DNA of 64,000 bases. It comes from Octopus vulgaris (Eukaryota). The DNA lies in NCBI GenBank assembly GCA_951406725.2, contig OX597824.1:60140001-60204000 (forward strand), given 5' to 3'. Each line of letters begins with the position of its first letter. The first letter of the stretch is position 1. Made by a program: the position numbers and the translations under genes. Positions 12,925-26,485 of the stretch are shown here, one piece after another. The notes under the pieces were generated by a model. That model was not told the origin of the DNA and searched no databases. It saw only the letters and a program-made list of their open reading frames with translations.

Positions 12925-13261
12925 CTTTTAACAGAAAGAAAAGTGTCCATTAAACATATATTTTAAATTATGTCATATCTCACATGAAGTAAGTATTTCA
13001 GGGATTTCTGGCAAACAGATCAACTAAACCATTCACAGTTCCAATATTACTTTCAAACAAAGGTGGCAAACTGGCAGAATCGTTAGCATACCAAGCAAAA
13101 TGCTTAGTGGCATTTTGTCCATGTTTATGTTCTAAGTTCAAATTCTGATGAGATCAACTTTACCTTCCATCCTATCAGGTTGATAAATAAAGTACCAGTG
13201 AAACACTGGGGTCGATGTAATTGACTAGTACCCTTCTCTAAAATTGCAGGCCTTGTGTCTT

Positions 13262-14210
13262 TAGTAGCAACAATCATTTCTGCCTACACACCACAAGCAG
13301 GCCTGCCAAATGAACAGAAGGATCACTTTCATGATATTTTTCTGCAGGCTACCTTGAAGACAGGTGACAATGATTTCATCTTTTTGGCTGGAGATTTTAA
13401 TGGGCATGTCAGACAGCAACCTGGTATCTACCATGGTGTACATGGAGGCCATGGAGTTGGTATCAGATAAGAAGAGGGAATAAGGCTCCAGGAGTTCTGT
13501 GATAAAATAACCTATTGATCTGCAACACCAACTACAGGAAGCCAGCTAGCCACCTGCTAACCTTTCAATCAGGTGATTCTGCTAGCCAGATTGATTTCAT
13601 TCTCACCAAACAGCAGGATGCACAGATGCTCTTAAATACAAAGACCTTCCCTGGTGAAGAATGTACCCCCTAGCATAGACTAGTCATTAGTAACTTTAGA
13701 CTCATGACCGGAAGGATGCCAAAAAGCAGACCAATCTGGAAAAGGAAGACTTGGAGGCTTAAGAACCCTTCACATGGTCAGAGATTCAGGGAAACCTTAC
13801 TGAGAAATTTGATGATAAGGAGGAGGAGCTACAGTTCTGTGACATAGAAGGCAGCTGGGAATTCCTGTGAGACAGCTTGCTGAGTGTCACAGACCAAATC
13901 TGTGGCTGGTGCAAAGTCCCTTCCAGACCTAGAGTAACATGGTAGTGGAACAATACTGTAGCGGGCCATTAGAGCAAAGAAACAAGCTTGGAAGGTCTGG
14001 AAGAGTGGGGGTAGCAGGAGAATGTAACAGATAGCCAATAGGGAAGCTAGCAGACAGGTATATATAGCCAAGAGAGTAGCAGTAAAGAAGAAGTTTGCCA
14101 ATGTTCAGTGACAGGAGAACCAAAGAAATGAAGTATTTTGGATTGCAAGACTGTGTGAGAGAAAACCATGATGTCACAAGAGAGAAAAGTGTGCGTATGG
14201 ATGATGGTTC
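13262..14210 (+). mobile_element. Older RTE LINE, left part (APE endonuclease region), interrupted by a nested insertion
   Basis: IISAYTPQ, AGDFNGHV, IDFIL; ends at EKCVRMDDGS and the frame resumes at 17808. Confidence 0.9.
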
Positions 14211-17200
14211 ATCATCATCATCATCGTTTAGCGTCCGTTTTCCATGCTAGCATGGGTTGGACGGTTCTACTGGGGTCTGTGAAGCCAGAAGGCTTCATCA
14301 GGCCCAGTCAAATCTGGCAGTGTTTCTACGGCTGGATGCCCTTCCTAACGCCAACCACTCCGTGAGTGTAGTGGGTGCTTTTTACGTGCCACCCGCACTG
14401 GTGCCAGACAGAGCTGGCAAACGGCCACGAACGGATGGTGCTTTTTATGTGCCACCGGCACGAGGGCCAGGCGAGGCTGGCAACGGACACGAAACGGGGC
14501 GGTGCTGGCAACGGTCGCGAAACGGAAAGTTCTCTTACATGCCACCGGCACTGGTAACACATCTGCAATTTCCATTGATCGATTTCCATTGATCGATTTC
14601 GATTCTGATCGTCACTTGCCTCAACGGGTCTTCACAAGCAGAGTTTTGACATGCCACCGGCACTGGTAGCACATCCGCAATTTCCATTGATCGATTTCGA
14701 TTCTGATCCTCACTTGCCTCATCACGTCTTCACAAGTAGAGTTTTGTGTCCCAAGAAGGGAAGGTATGCATACGTAGGCTGGCTCCATCCCATGTAGAAG
14801 GCCACGGGTTATGGACTCACTTGTCCTGCCGGGTCTTCTCGCGCACAGCACACTTCCAGAGGTCTCGGTCTCTAGTCATTTCCTCAGTGAGACCTAAAGT
14901 TCGAAGGTCGTGCTTCACCACCTCGTCCCAGGTTTTCCTGGGTCTGCCTCTTCCACAGGTTCCCTCAACCGCTAGGGTGTGGCACTTTTTCACACAACTA
15001 TCTTCATCCATTCTCGCCACATGACCATACCAGCGCAAACGTCTCTCTTGCACACCACAACTGATGCTTCTTAGGTCCAGCTTTTCTCTCAAGGTACTTA
15101 CACTCTGCCGAGTGTGAGTACCGGCATTACACATCCATCGGAGCATACTGGCTTCATTTCTAGCGAGCTTACGCATATCCTCAGCAGTCACGGCCCATGT
15201 TTCACTGCCATGTAGCATGGCTGTTCGTACACACGCATCATACAGTCTGCCTTTCACTCTGTGCGAGAGGCCTTTTGTCACCAGCAGAGGTAAGAGCTCT
15301 CTGAACTTTGCCCAAGCTATTCTTACTCTAGCAGTTACACTTTCAGCACACCCGCCCCCGCTGCTGACTTGGTCACCTAGGTAACGGAAACTATCAACTA
15401 TTTCTAGTTTTTCTCCCTGGAAAGTGACGGAAGTTGGTCTCAGAGCATTTTCAGTGTTTATTGTTCCTGAGCATCTGCCACATACAAAAACCATCTTCCT
15501 AGTTAGCCTTCCTATGACATTGCTGCATCTCTTATGTGTCCATAGCTTACACTTGGTGCATCTTATAGAGTTTCTACCTACACCTTTTCTACAGATCGAG
15601 CAGGGCCATCTACCTGAAGGTGTTTGTGATTTGTCTACCTTCCTACTGATTACGACTTTGGTTTTAGCTAGATTGACTCTGAGGCCCTTCGATTCTAATC
15701 CTTGTTTCCACACCTGAAACTTCTCCTCCAGTTCTGATAGCGACTCAGCAATTAGAGCAAGGTCATCAGCATAGAGGAGCTCCCAAGGGCATCCTGTCTT
15801 GAATTCCTCCGTTATTGCCTGGAGGACTATGATAAATAGGAGGGGGCTGAGTACTGAGCCTTGGTGGACTCCTACCTCTACCCGGAATTCTTCACTGTAC
15901 ACATTTCCAACCCTCACCCTACTAGCGGCGTCCCTGTACATGGCCCGCACAGCTCTCACTAACCATTCATCTATCCCTAGTTTCCTCATTGCCCACCAGA
16001 TAAGGGATCGGGGGACCCTGTCAAAGGCTTTCTCCATGTCAACAAAAGCCAGGTACAGGGGCTTATCTTTGGCTAGGTATTTCTCCTGCAGCTGCCTTAC
16101 CAGGAATATAGCATCAGTAGTACTTTTCCCTGGCACAAACCCAAACTGCATCTCATCTAAACTAACTCTCTCTAATTAGTTGGGCTATGACCCTCTCCGT
16201 AACCTTCATCACCTGGTCCAACAGCTTGATACCTCTGTAGTTATTTGTATCTAGGGCATCACCTTTACCTTTGTAGCAGTTGACTATTATACTGCTACAC
16301 CAGTCATTGGGTATGACCCCTTTGTGTATCACCTGATTAACTATACGGGTGACTAGGCTATAGCCGACACTACCAGACATTTTGAGCATCTCTGCAGTGA
16401 TTCCTGATGGGCCTGGGGCTTTCCCTGTCTTCATGCTTCTAATTGCCTTAGCTACCACGGAACTATCAACTCAGATAGCTGGTCCCTCTGTTGGGTCAAC
16501 ATTCGGCAGACTCTCTTTATCCCATTCATTTTCTTCATTCAGCAACCTTTCATAGTGGCATCTCCAAACCTCTCTCTTTGCATCCTCATTTAGCGCAAGT
16601 GAACCATCTTCCATGCGAACACACTTCTCTCCTACCACATCACGATTCTCTCTCACACACTGTCTTGCAACACGAAACACCTCCAGTCTTTGGTCCTCAC
16701 GGCGCAGAACATTGGCAAATTTTTTCTTATCTGCTTCCCCTCTGGCTAAATAAACCTGTCTCCTAGCTTCTCTTTTGGCAGTCTGATACAATCCCCTGCT
16801 ACCCCCATTTTTCCAGACCTTCCAAGCCTGTCTCTTTTCTCTAATAGCCCTGTCTACAATATTGTTCCACCACCACGTTATTCTAGGTCGAGAGGGGACT
16901 TTGCACCAGCCACAGATCTGGTCAGTGGCTCTCAGCAGGTTGTCCCTTAGAAACGTCCAGCTGTCTTCTACCCCCTGTGATGCTCTATCCCCTTCTACTT
17001 CGTCAGAGGCTTCAAGTAATATGTCCCTAAATCTCTGTCCATTTGCAGGATCTTTAAGCTTCCAGATCCTTCTTCTCCATATTTGTCGTCTTCTGGTTGT
17101 CCACCTAGTCCTGATCCTAAAGTCACTAACTACCAGTCTATGTTGTGGGGTACATTCTTCACCTGGGAAGGTTTTGGCATTTATAAGCAGCCATCTCTCC

Positions 17201-17807
17201 CTTTGCCTTGTAAGGATGTAGTCAATTTGGCTGGTATGTTGGCCCGATTGGTAAGTGACTAGGTAGCTGGTAGGTTTCCTGAAGTTAGTGTTGCAAATCA
17301 TAAGATTATTTGCATCGCAGAACTCCAGCAGCCTGGTTCCCTCCTCGTTGCGGGAGCCATAGCCATAGCCTCCATGTACGCCATGGAAGCCCCCAGCATG
17401 TCGTCCAACGTGACCATTGAAGTCACCAGCCACAAAGATAAGGTCTCTGTCGTTCGTCAACGAGGTAGTCTGCAGTAGAGTGTCATAGAATCGGTCTTTC
17501 TGTCCATCGGGTAGCCCCGACTGAGGAGCATAGGCTGATATAATGGTTGCTAAACTATGATGAAGCACTAATCTAATCTTAAGTATTCTGTCACATACTC
17601 TGATTACCTCAATTACTTTATCTACCCATTTCTCAGCGATAAGTATACCCACGCCACCAACCCCGTCAGTGTTCCCTGCCCAGAAAATCTTGTACCTGCG
17701 TTCCTTGCCTGTGAGGAACCTAGCTGATCCTCCTCTCCACCTTATTTCTTGTATGCAACATATATCCACACATCTCCGTTCAAGCATCTCGACTATCTCA
17801 CCAGACC
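14211..17807 (-). mobile_element. Young near-complete RTE-clade LINE (APE + RT + Cys/His-rich insert), slightly 5'-truncated, (GAT)n tail
   Basis: ORF pieces 16471-17807, 16162-16458 and 14817-16151 are separated only by one TGA and one frameshift; QEIRW, GDFNGHVG, QGSVLSP, LYADD, CSIC/CTKC/HKRC/CGRC; tail at 14211-14224. Confidence 0.95.
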
Positions 17808-20280
17808 TTTGCATTTAATGATTCTGCAAAGAAAGAGGCTTGGAGATGCCATTCTGAAAGACTGCTGAATATGGAAAATGAATGGGAGGAGGAGAGTCTG
17901 CCAAAGGTCGACCCAACTGAGGGACCAGCTACCCAAATAGACAGCACCCTGGTAGATAAAGCAATTAAGGATATGAAGACAGGGAAAGCACCTGGCCCAT
18001 CAGGAATCACTGCTGAGATGCTTCAAATATCAGGTGGTGTGGGTTATGATCTTGTCACTCACATCGTAAATCAGGTAGTTCATGAAAGAGTCATACCCAA
18101 TGACAGGTGTAGCAGCACCATAGTCAACTGCTACAAGGGTAAAGGTGATGCTTTAGATAGAAATAATTACAGGAGTATCAAATTATTGGTTCAGGTGATG
18201 AAAGTTACAGAGAGGGTCATAGCCCAACTAATTAGGGAGAGACTTAGCCTTGATGAGATGCAGTTGGGTTTTGTGCCATGTAGAAGCACCACTGATACTA
18301 TACTTCTGGTAAGGCAACTACTGGAGAAATATCTAGCCAAAGATAAACCTCTGTACTTGGCTTTTGTTGACCTGGAGAAAGCTTTTGATAGCCTCTCCCA
18401 ATCCCTTATCTGGTGGTCCATGTGGAAACTGAGAATAGATAAGTGGTTGGTAAGAGCTGTACAAGCCCTGAACAGGGATGCTGTCAGTAAGGTGAGGGTT
18501 CGCAACAAGCATAGTGAAGAATTCCAAGTAGAAATAGGATCATCAAGGATCAGTCCTCAGCTCCCTCTTATTCATTATAATCCTCCAGGCAATAACAGAG
18601 GAATTCAAGGCAGGCTGCCCCTGGGAGCTCCTCTCTGCTGATGACATTGCTCTAATAGCCGAGTCACTACCAGAACTAGAGACGAAGTTTAGGGTGTGGA
18701 GGCAAGGTCCAGAATCGAAGGGCCTTAGGGTTAATATAGCAAAAACCAAAGTCTTAGTAAGTACGAAGGCCATCAAATCACAAACCCCTTTAGGTAGATG
18801 GCCCTGCTTGATCTGCAGAAAAGGTGTGGGTAGAAACTCTATACGATGTACCTGGTGTAAGCTATAGATGCATAAGAGGTGCAGCAATATCAAAGGAAGG
18901 TTAACCGGGAAGATAGTTTTGTGTGTGGCAGATGCTCTGGGGCAATAAACACTGAAGATGTTTAGAAAACAGATTCCATCACATGTCAGGGGGAGAAACT
19001 AGAAGTAGTTAATAGCTTCCGCTACCTAGGAACCAAGTCTGTAGTGGGGGTGGTTGCCCTGAGAGTGTAGCAGCTAGAATAAGAATAGCCTGGGCAAAGT
19101 TCAGGGAGCTCCTACTTTTGCTAGCAACTAAGGGCCTCTTGCTCAGGATGAAAAGTAGACTGTATGATGCATGTGTGCAAACTGCCATGCTACACGGCAG
19201 TGAAACATAGACCATGACTGCTGAGGACATGCATAGGCTTGAAAGAAATGAAGCTAATATGATCCACTGGATGTGTAATATCAGTGTGCATACACGACAG
19301 AGTGTAAGTGCCCTGAGAGAAAAGTTGGGCATAAGAAGCATCAAATGAGAGACGACTGTTCTGGTATGGTCATGTATTACATATGGATCAGGACAGCTGT
19401 GTGAGGAAGTGTCACTCCCTAACTGTGGAAGACGTAGACCCAAGAAGTCATTGGATGAGGTAGTGAAGCATGACCTTCAACCATTGGGCCTCACATAGGC
19501 AATGATAGGAGACTGGCAATATGGCAATATGCTGTGATTGAGAAGACCTGCCAAATTAAGTGAGATCGCAGTCATGCATGTCTGCCCATGTTAAGAGTAC
19601 CCCTGATGCACCGGGCAATATGATATGCTTGAGAAGACCTGTTGAGTCAAGTAAAACCAAAATCATTGCTGTGGCCAGTGCCCCGACTGGCTCCTGTGCC
19701 GGTGGCATGTAAAAAGCACTATCCAAACATGGTCGATGCCAGGTCTACTTGACAGGCTCCTGTGCCAGTGGTACATAAAAAACACTATCTGAATGTGATC
19801 GATCCCAGGACTATCTGACTGGTCCCTGTGCCAGTGACATATAAAAAGCACCATCTGAATGTGGCCAATACCAGTACCCGCTGACTGGCTCCTGTGCTGG
19901 TTGAATGTAAAAAGCACTATCCGAATGTGATCGATGCCAGGACCACCTTACTGGTCCCTGTCCTGGTAGCACGTAAAAAGCACCATCCTAATATGACTGA
20001 TGCCAGTACCCACTGACTGGCTCCTCTGCTGGTGGAATGTAAAAAAAGCACTATTTGAATGTGATTGATGCCAGGCCTGCCTGAGTGATTCCTGTGCTGG
20101 TGACATGTAAAAAGCACCCACTATACTCTTGGAGTGGTTGGCATTAGGAAGGGCATCCAGCTGTAGAAACTCTGCCAGATCAGATTAAAGCCTGGTGCAG
20201 CTGCTGGCTCTCTAGACCTCTGTCAAACCATCCAACTCATGCCAGCATGGAAACTGGATGTTAAACGATGATGATGATGT
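17808..20280 (+). mobile_element. Older RTE LINE, right part (RT, 3'UTR tandem array, (GAT)n tail)
   Basis: ORF 17871-18641 (KAPGPSGI, AFVDLEKAFD); decayed RT; ~60-bp repeats 19665-20120; tail near 20266-20279. Confidence 0.92.
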
Positions 20281-20771
20281 TGAGATATATATATACGTAC
20301 ATACACATACATATAAATATGTATGTATAAGAAATACCAGAAATACTACTCAGCTTAGTGATTTGAGATATATGAATGTAAAAATAAAGCAGTAAATGAT
20401 TTAAGAGAGACTATACACATACTATATGTGTGTGTGTGTTTGGTGTGTGATTCAATAGTCATGGGGTTGCACACATGATTGTAAGGTAGTAGCTTTGATT
20501 CTTGCATGAGATGATGCTGTTGTGTTCTGGAGCAAAACACTTCATTTCATGTTGCTCCAGTTCACTCAGATGGCAAAGGAGAATAATTGTGCCACTGATT
20601 GGCGTCCAATCCAGGAGGGGAGTGCGTATGCCACAGAATCTGAGAAACTGGCCTTATGGCCAATGGTTTGAGAAGGAACCTTAGTTCCTTCTTTTTGATG
20701 TGTATGTAAATACATGTGTGTGTATATATATATATGAGTGTGTGTGTGTGTATGTGCGTGTGTGTATGTGC

Positions 20772-20807
<36 letters not shown>

Positions 20808-20889
20808 CTGTCTGTCTAATAATTAGCAGAAATACTATCTAGCTTGGTGATTTGAGGCAAATTAAAGTGAAAATAAAGAACTGATTTAC

Positions 20890-20968
20890 CAGGGACAAGT
20901 TTCTGTAGAAAATTCTCCATGAAATTTCCAAATGTCAAAGCAAGTTGGTCCTTTTTATCATCATGCCA
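20890..20968 (-). CDS. COQ6: COQ6 coding exon 8
   Basis: cttag|TGG CAT GAT...CCT G|gtaaat; WHDDKKDQLALTFGNFMENFLQKLVPG; 79 nt, bridges phase 0 to phase 1 as required. Confidence 0.85.
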
Positions 20969-21510
20969 CTAAGATAAAGATAAAAACTGTGTCAGAGAGG
21001 GAGAGAGAGGGGGTAGAGAGAGAAGGAGAGAGAGGAGCAAAGGACGAGAGAATGTGAGAAGAATAGTATGTGGTGTGAGAAGGAATATGAAGTGAGCAAG
21101 AGAGAGTGTTAGGGAATTGTGAGGTGAGAAAGAGAGAGAATGAAATAATTAAGAGACACCTGTGAAGCACACATGCACACAATCTACACAAACACACACT
21201 GAGATAAGTGACTAACATATAAAACATATAGAGATAAATTTGATAAATGACAGTAATCTAACATACACACACACACATGGATGAATTGTTTGTTTTTTAA
21301 CCACTAAGCAGATGGAAATTGTGTCGAAGCCCACCATAAAGACTTCTCTGTTATTCAAAAGTCGAGGCTTGTCACATTTTGTCATACTGAGCAAATGTGT
21401 TCATGTGTCTTTGATTTAATGAATAGATTGTTCAATTGATTGAACAACTGTGCACTTGTAAGTATCTTCAACAGAAGAGACCATTATATGTATGTATATA
21501 TACGAATACG

Positions 21511-21558
<48 letters not shown>

Positions 21559-21562
<4 letters not shown>

Positions 21563-23134
21563 GTCATCCCATAAGTTCTGTCCGATTTTACCTTTTTTAA
21601 AATTGAATGAAATTTAATAGTATTTTAGAATGTCTAATGGAATTAAAAATTATTTTTATGCATTTGTGTACATTTAACTAATTAAATACCCCGACTGGCC
21701 TCCGTGCTAGTGGCACGTAAAAAGCACCATCCGATTGTGGCTGTTGCCAGCCTCGCCTGGCCTCCGTGCCGGTGGCACGTAAAAAGCACCATCTGATCGT
21801 GGCCGTTTGCCAGCCTCGTCTGGCATGTAAAAAGCACCCACTATAATCACGGAGTGGTTGGTGTTAGGAAGGGCATCCAGCCGTAGAAACATTGCCAGAT
21901 CAGACTGGGCCTGGTGCAGCCTTCTGACTTCCCAGACCCCAGTTGAACTGTCCAACCCATGCTAGCATGGAAAGCGGACATTAAACGATGATGATGATTT
22001 ACAGAATAATAGAATTAATATTTCTTTGATTGAAACCCTTTCTAACATGGAAGTATCCAAAGAGCATTTGAGGCACATAATACTTTATGAGTACAAAAAA
22101 GGAAATTCTGCAGCCGAAGCAACTCGAAACACTCAGTTTATGGGAAAGAATGCTTGAATGAAAGAACTTGCAGAAGATGGTTTGCAAAATTCAGAAGTGG
22201 AGATTTCAGCCTTGAAGATGAAGATCGAACAGGATGTCCAGTTGAGTTTGATGATAAGCTCCTTGAGGCATTACTTGAAGAAAATCCTGCATTATCAGTT
22301 GAAGAATTGGTAATAAAGCTTAGTTCAAACCATACAACTGTTCATCGTCATCTTCAACAACTTGGAAAGGTTTCTAAATTTGGAAAATGGGTGCCTCATG
22401 AATTGTCTGAAAGCAACCGCAAATCCCGAGTTGACATCTGTTCTTCTTTCCATTCTCATGAACTCATTTCAGCCTTTTTGGATAAACTTGTGACGAAAAA
22501 TGGATCTTCTATTGAAATGTTATGTGTCGTAAACAGTGGTTTGGTAAAAGGGAAAAAGCTCAACCACAACCAAGAAGGGAACTTCATAGGAAAAAGGTTC
22601 TCTCTATTTGGTGGGATTGCAAAGGAGTAATTCACTTTGAATTGTTACCACCTAATGCAGCAATCAATGCTCAAGTCTACTGTCAGCAATTAGAGAGTTT
22701 GAACCAAGATTTGAAGTAAAAAAGACCCACTTTAGTGACTTGAAAAGGAGTGATGTTTCATCAGGACAATGCGCGACCCCACACTGCAAAGACCACATCA
22801 CAGAAGATCGAAGAGATTGGTTGGGAAAAAATTCCTCATCCACCTTATTCTCACAACCTTGCTCCTTCAGACTACCATTTGTTTCATAGTTTACAAAATC
22901 ATTTGGGGGGCATAACTTTCACAAGCCAGGAGGAGGTTGAAACTGACATTTCAGAGTTCTTTGCTTTGAAACCAAGAGTTTTACATTGATGGGATTAAAA
23001 AACTCGTAAATAGATGGAAGGAAGTTATAGATAATCAGGGAAAGTACACTGATGATTAAACTTCAATTAAATATAATATTTGAGCACTTGTTTTCTTTAT
23101 CTAAAATTCGGACAGAACTTATGGGATGACCTGA
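21559..23134 (+). mobile_element. Full-length decayed mariner (Tc1/mariner) transposon with TIRs in (TA)n, carrying an RTE tail insertion at ~21689-21997
   Basis: TIRs tcaggtcatcccataagttctgtccga / tcggacagaacttatgggatgacctga; WVPHEL, HQDNARPH, PPYSHNLAPSDYHLF. Confidence 0.95.
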
Positions 23135-23419
23135 TATATATTTATATATGGCATGTAAAAAGCACCATCTGAACGTGGTCGATGCCAGTGCCGCCTGACT
23201 GACTCCCGTGCCACTAGCACGTAAAAAGCGCTCGCTACACTCTCAGAATGGTTGGTGTTAGGATGGGCATCCAGCTATAGAAACCTTGCCAGATCAGATT
23301 GGAGCCTGGTGCAGCCTACTGGCTTGCTGGTCCCCAGTCAAACTGTCTGACCCATGCCAGCATGGAAGGCAGATGTTAAACAATGACGATGATGATCGTG
23401 ATGTATATGTGTATATCAA

Positions 23420-24750
23420 ATCTCTTACATGGTGATCCTGCATAACGATGGTCTTCTTGCATTAAAACACTTTCTAGACCTTTGTCCAGACCCTCAGCCC
23501 GACACCTCTACAATTCTTTGTTTGGCTGAACTTGTCCTCTCCTTCAACAAGTGCTTCTCATTTATGGGTGAGTTTTGCCAACAGGTCTCAGTAGTGGCTA
23601 TGGGAATGAAACTGAGCCCCAACTATGTAATCCTGCTCGTAGGCTATGTTGAAGCCCAAATATTCACACAGTTCACTGGTCCTACTCCTGAGCTACATGG
23701 TCATACTATCAACAACTGTATCAGTGCAACCTCATAACTTTGTAAACATCTTGACTCCTTCCTCTGCTTCGTCCAAGTCCTTCCATCCAGCCCTTGAATT
23801 CTCCTCCACGGTCTCCAACATCTCTGTTGAATTTCTTGACATTTCCATTAGTATGGACCACTCTACTCTTACCACCTCCACCCACTACAAACACAAAGAC
23901 TAACACTCCTACCTCAATGTCTCCTCCTCCCACCCTAACCACACCAAACTCTCCATCCCCTATTCCCAATTCCTCTGTCTATGCCAGCTCTGTAGTGATG
24001 ACCATGATTTTGAGACCCAGTCTCAACTCATGACTTGCCACTTTACCCTACTTTGATATCCAAACTGCCCTTGCTTGGGCAAGATCTGTTGACCGTGCTT
24101 CTACTTTCTCTCTCTCTCTCTCTCCCTGCACCTATCCCATGCTTACCTGTTTCTAGTTTCTCCTCACCTACAATCCCTCCAACACACTATTCTCTGAGCC
24201 TTTCGTTGACTCCAGTCTGACCCCACCACCTTACACATCTTCCTTAACCTGCCCCTTCCCTCTTTCATATGCACCCATAACTTGTGTGACTTTCTAGTCC
24301 ACAGTTTCTTCCCTACTCCTGGCTTCTTCCCCTGCTCTTGCCCATACTATCACACCTGCCTCTACCTCTCCAACACCACTATCCTCACCAGCACCCATCA
24401 CTGCCCCTATCACACCACTGACTCTTTTACCTGCATCTCTAGCAATATTATCTACTTATCTACTGCATTACCTGCTCTTCCTATCCTTCACTGTACATTG
24501 GTCAAATGGGATGCCACTTGGTCACCAATTCATTGAGCACCTCTGAGACATCAGACTCGGCGATGACTACCTCGTCTTGTGCCACTTCCGTTCCACCGTC
24601 ATCTGCTGCAACATCTGTCTGTGTTTGAACTATCTCTGCACAGGAGTCACCTGAACTACCACCTTTGCCTTGAACAAGAATTAATCTTCTCCCTTCATTC
24701 CTTTGCTCCTTATGACCTTAATTTGTCAACTCTCTTCATCTAACACCAAC
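23420..24750 (+). mobile_element. Highly decayed Penelope-like element (RT to GIY-YIG), second family
   Basis: LAELVLSFN...VAMGMKLSPNY, FLDISI, FTCISSNIIY, LYIGQ remnants. Confidence 0.75.
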
Positions 24751-25741
24751 CTACAGATTCCCACATACCTCCCACCTTCAACTGCCCCTCTCCTTCACCA
24801 CCCCCATCTGTATACAGCCTAACTCAGTACCCTCACCACACACAAATAGGCCCATGAACTCGTTCCCCATTCACACATACACACTCACACACACCATTCT
24901 CACATACAGGCCACCATTATTATCTCTGTTTCACTCAGCCTCTTTCCATGTTCTTTTATTCTTTTATTTGCTCCACTCACAAGGTTTTAGTCAGCCCTGG
25001 GATATAGTGGGAAACATTTGCCCAAGGTGCCTTGCAGTGGGACTGAACTAAAAGCCACATGGTTTTGAAGCAAACCTCTTAACCAGACAGCCATGCTTGT
25101 GCCAATAATTAGCCACATCTGGACCTCACAACCACACCTGCATACACACAAGCATATATAACTTCTTTCTTTTATTCTTTTATTTAATTCGGCCATCAGA
25201 CTATGGCCATGCAGGGGCACCACCTAGAAGAATTTTAGTTGAATGGATCAACCACAGGGCTTGGTATTGTTTTTTTTTTGGGGCCGAATCTTTAAGTTCC
25301 AAGACATAAACATACCAACACTGGTTGTCAAGCAGTGATGGAGGGCAAACACAGACACATAATATATATATATATATACAGATAGATAGATAGATATACA
25401 ATGGGCTTCTTTCAGTTTCTGCTGATCAAATCCACTCAAAGGCATTGGTTGGTTTGAGACTATAGTAGAAGACGTTTGCCCAAGGTGCAATGTAGTGGGA
25501 CTGAAGTTAAAACCATGTGGCTGGAAAGCAAACTCCTTACCACACAACCATCCCTGCATCTTGATATATTTATATAAGTATATATTTAAAAACTGCTATC
25601 AAGACACGCTTGGATCTCTCCACATATTAAGACACATACACACACACACAAGTGAATAAAATAAGAAATATGAACTATCATAGTCTTCATTGATATGTCT
25701 ATATCAGTGTTACAATTATGGAATCAGCAGTGTTTACTTAC

Positions 25742-25849
25742 CAAAGCATTATTGACTGCATCAACAAATGTGTCAGCATCCATGGAGACCAATTCTTTGG
25801 CATGTTCATGGCTGGTGCTCCAGACAAGAGAACTTTCTTTTTTTGATAG
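25742..25849 (-). CDS. COQ6: COQ6 coding exon 7
   Basis: aacag|CTA TCA...GCT TTG|gtaagt; [36 protein letters not shown]; 108 nt. Confidence 0.95.
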
Positions 25850-26485
25850 CTGTTGGATGGAAGATAGAAAGAAGCAAATCAATAACTCAATTTATGGATG
25901 GTTTGACAGAATCCAATGAGCAAGCAGACTGCACTGAGCTTCAATGTCTGCTTTGGTTAGGCTTCTGGTGCCTTTTTCTGGGACACCAACATTTGTGAGG
26001 TCACCAAATAATTTGCAAAAGACCCTTAGCTGAGTGGGGTTGTAGTAGAGAGGGACCCTGCATTATGCCAGGTCTTCAGAGGCTAAAAGATAATAGAGGT
26101 ACATGGAAGATATGTCTTGTTATAGGGGAGACATAAAGCTTTCCCACAGTAGGTGGGGAACAGCTAGAAAGAAGACAACATTGGAGGTGATGAAGTGTCA
26201 AAGTGTATTCTTAAGCTATAAGAAGGTATTTTGAGATACTTTCTTAATGGTCAAAGAATTGAGTAGGATGGGTGGATAAGTTCATTAGAGTGAGAGGAGA
26301 GTGACAAATGGTTAGAGATGGATGTAGAGGTGAATGTAGTGAAAAGAACTGGTGAGGTATGAAGGTGAAAGAATAGGAGTGGCTCAGAGGAGAGGAGGTG
26401 ATAAGTGACAGGAAGGAGGGAGAGCAGCGGTGTAACAAATCTGTAGGTAATACAGTTCTATATTTAAGAGATGAGGAATCATGTA

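Noticed and set aside
19665-20120. Regularly spaced ~60-bp repeats resembling a CRISPR array
   Set aside because: The intervening parts are homologous to each other rather than unique spacers, there are no cas genes, the context is eukaryotic, and the array sits in an RTE 3'UTR
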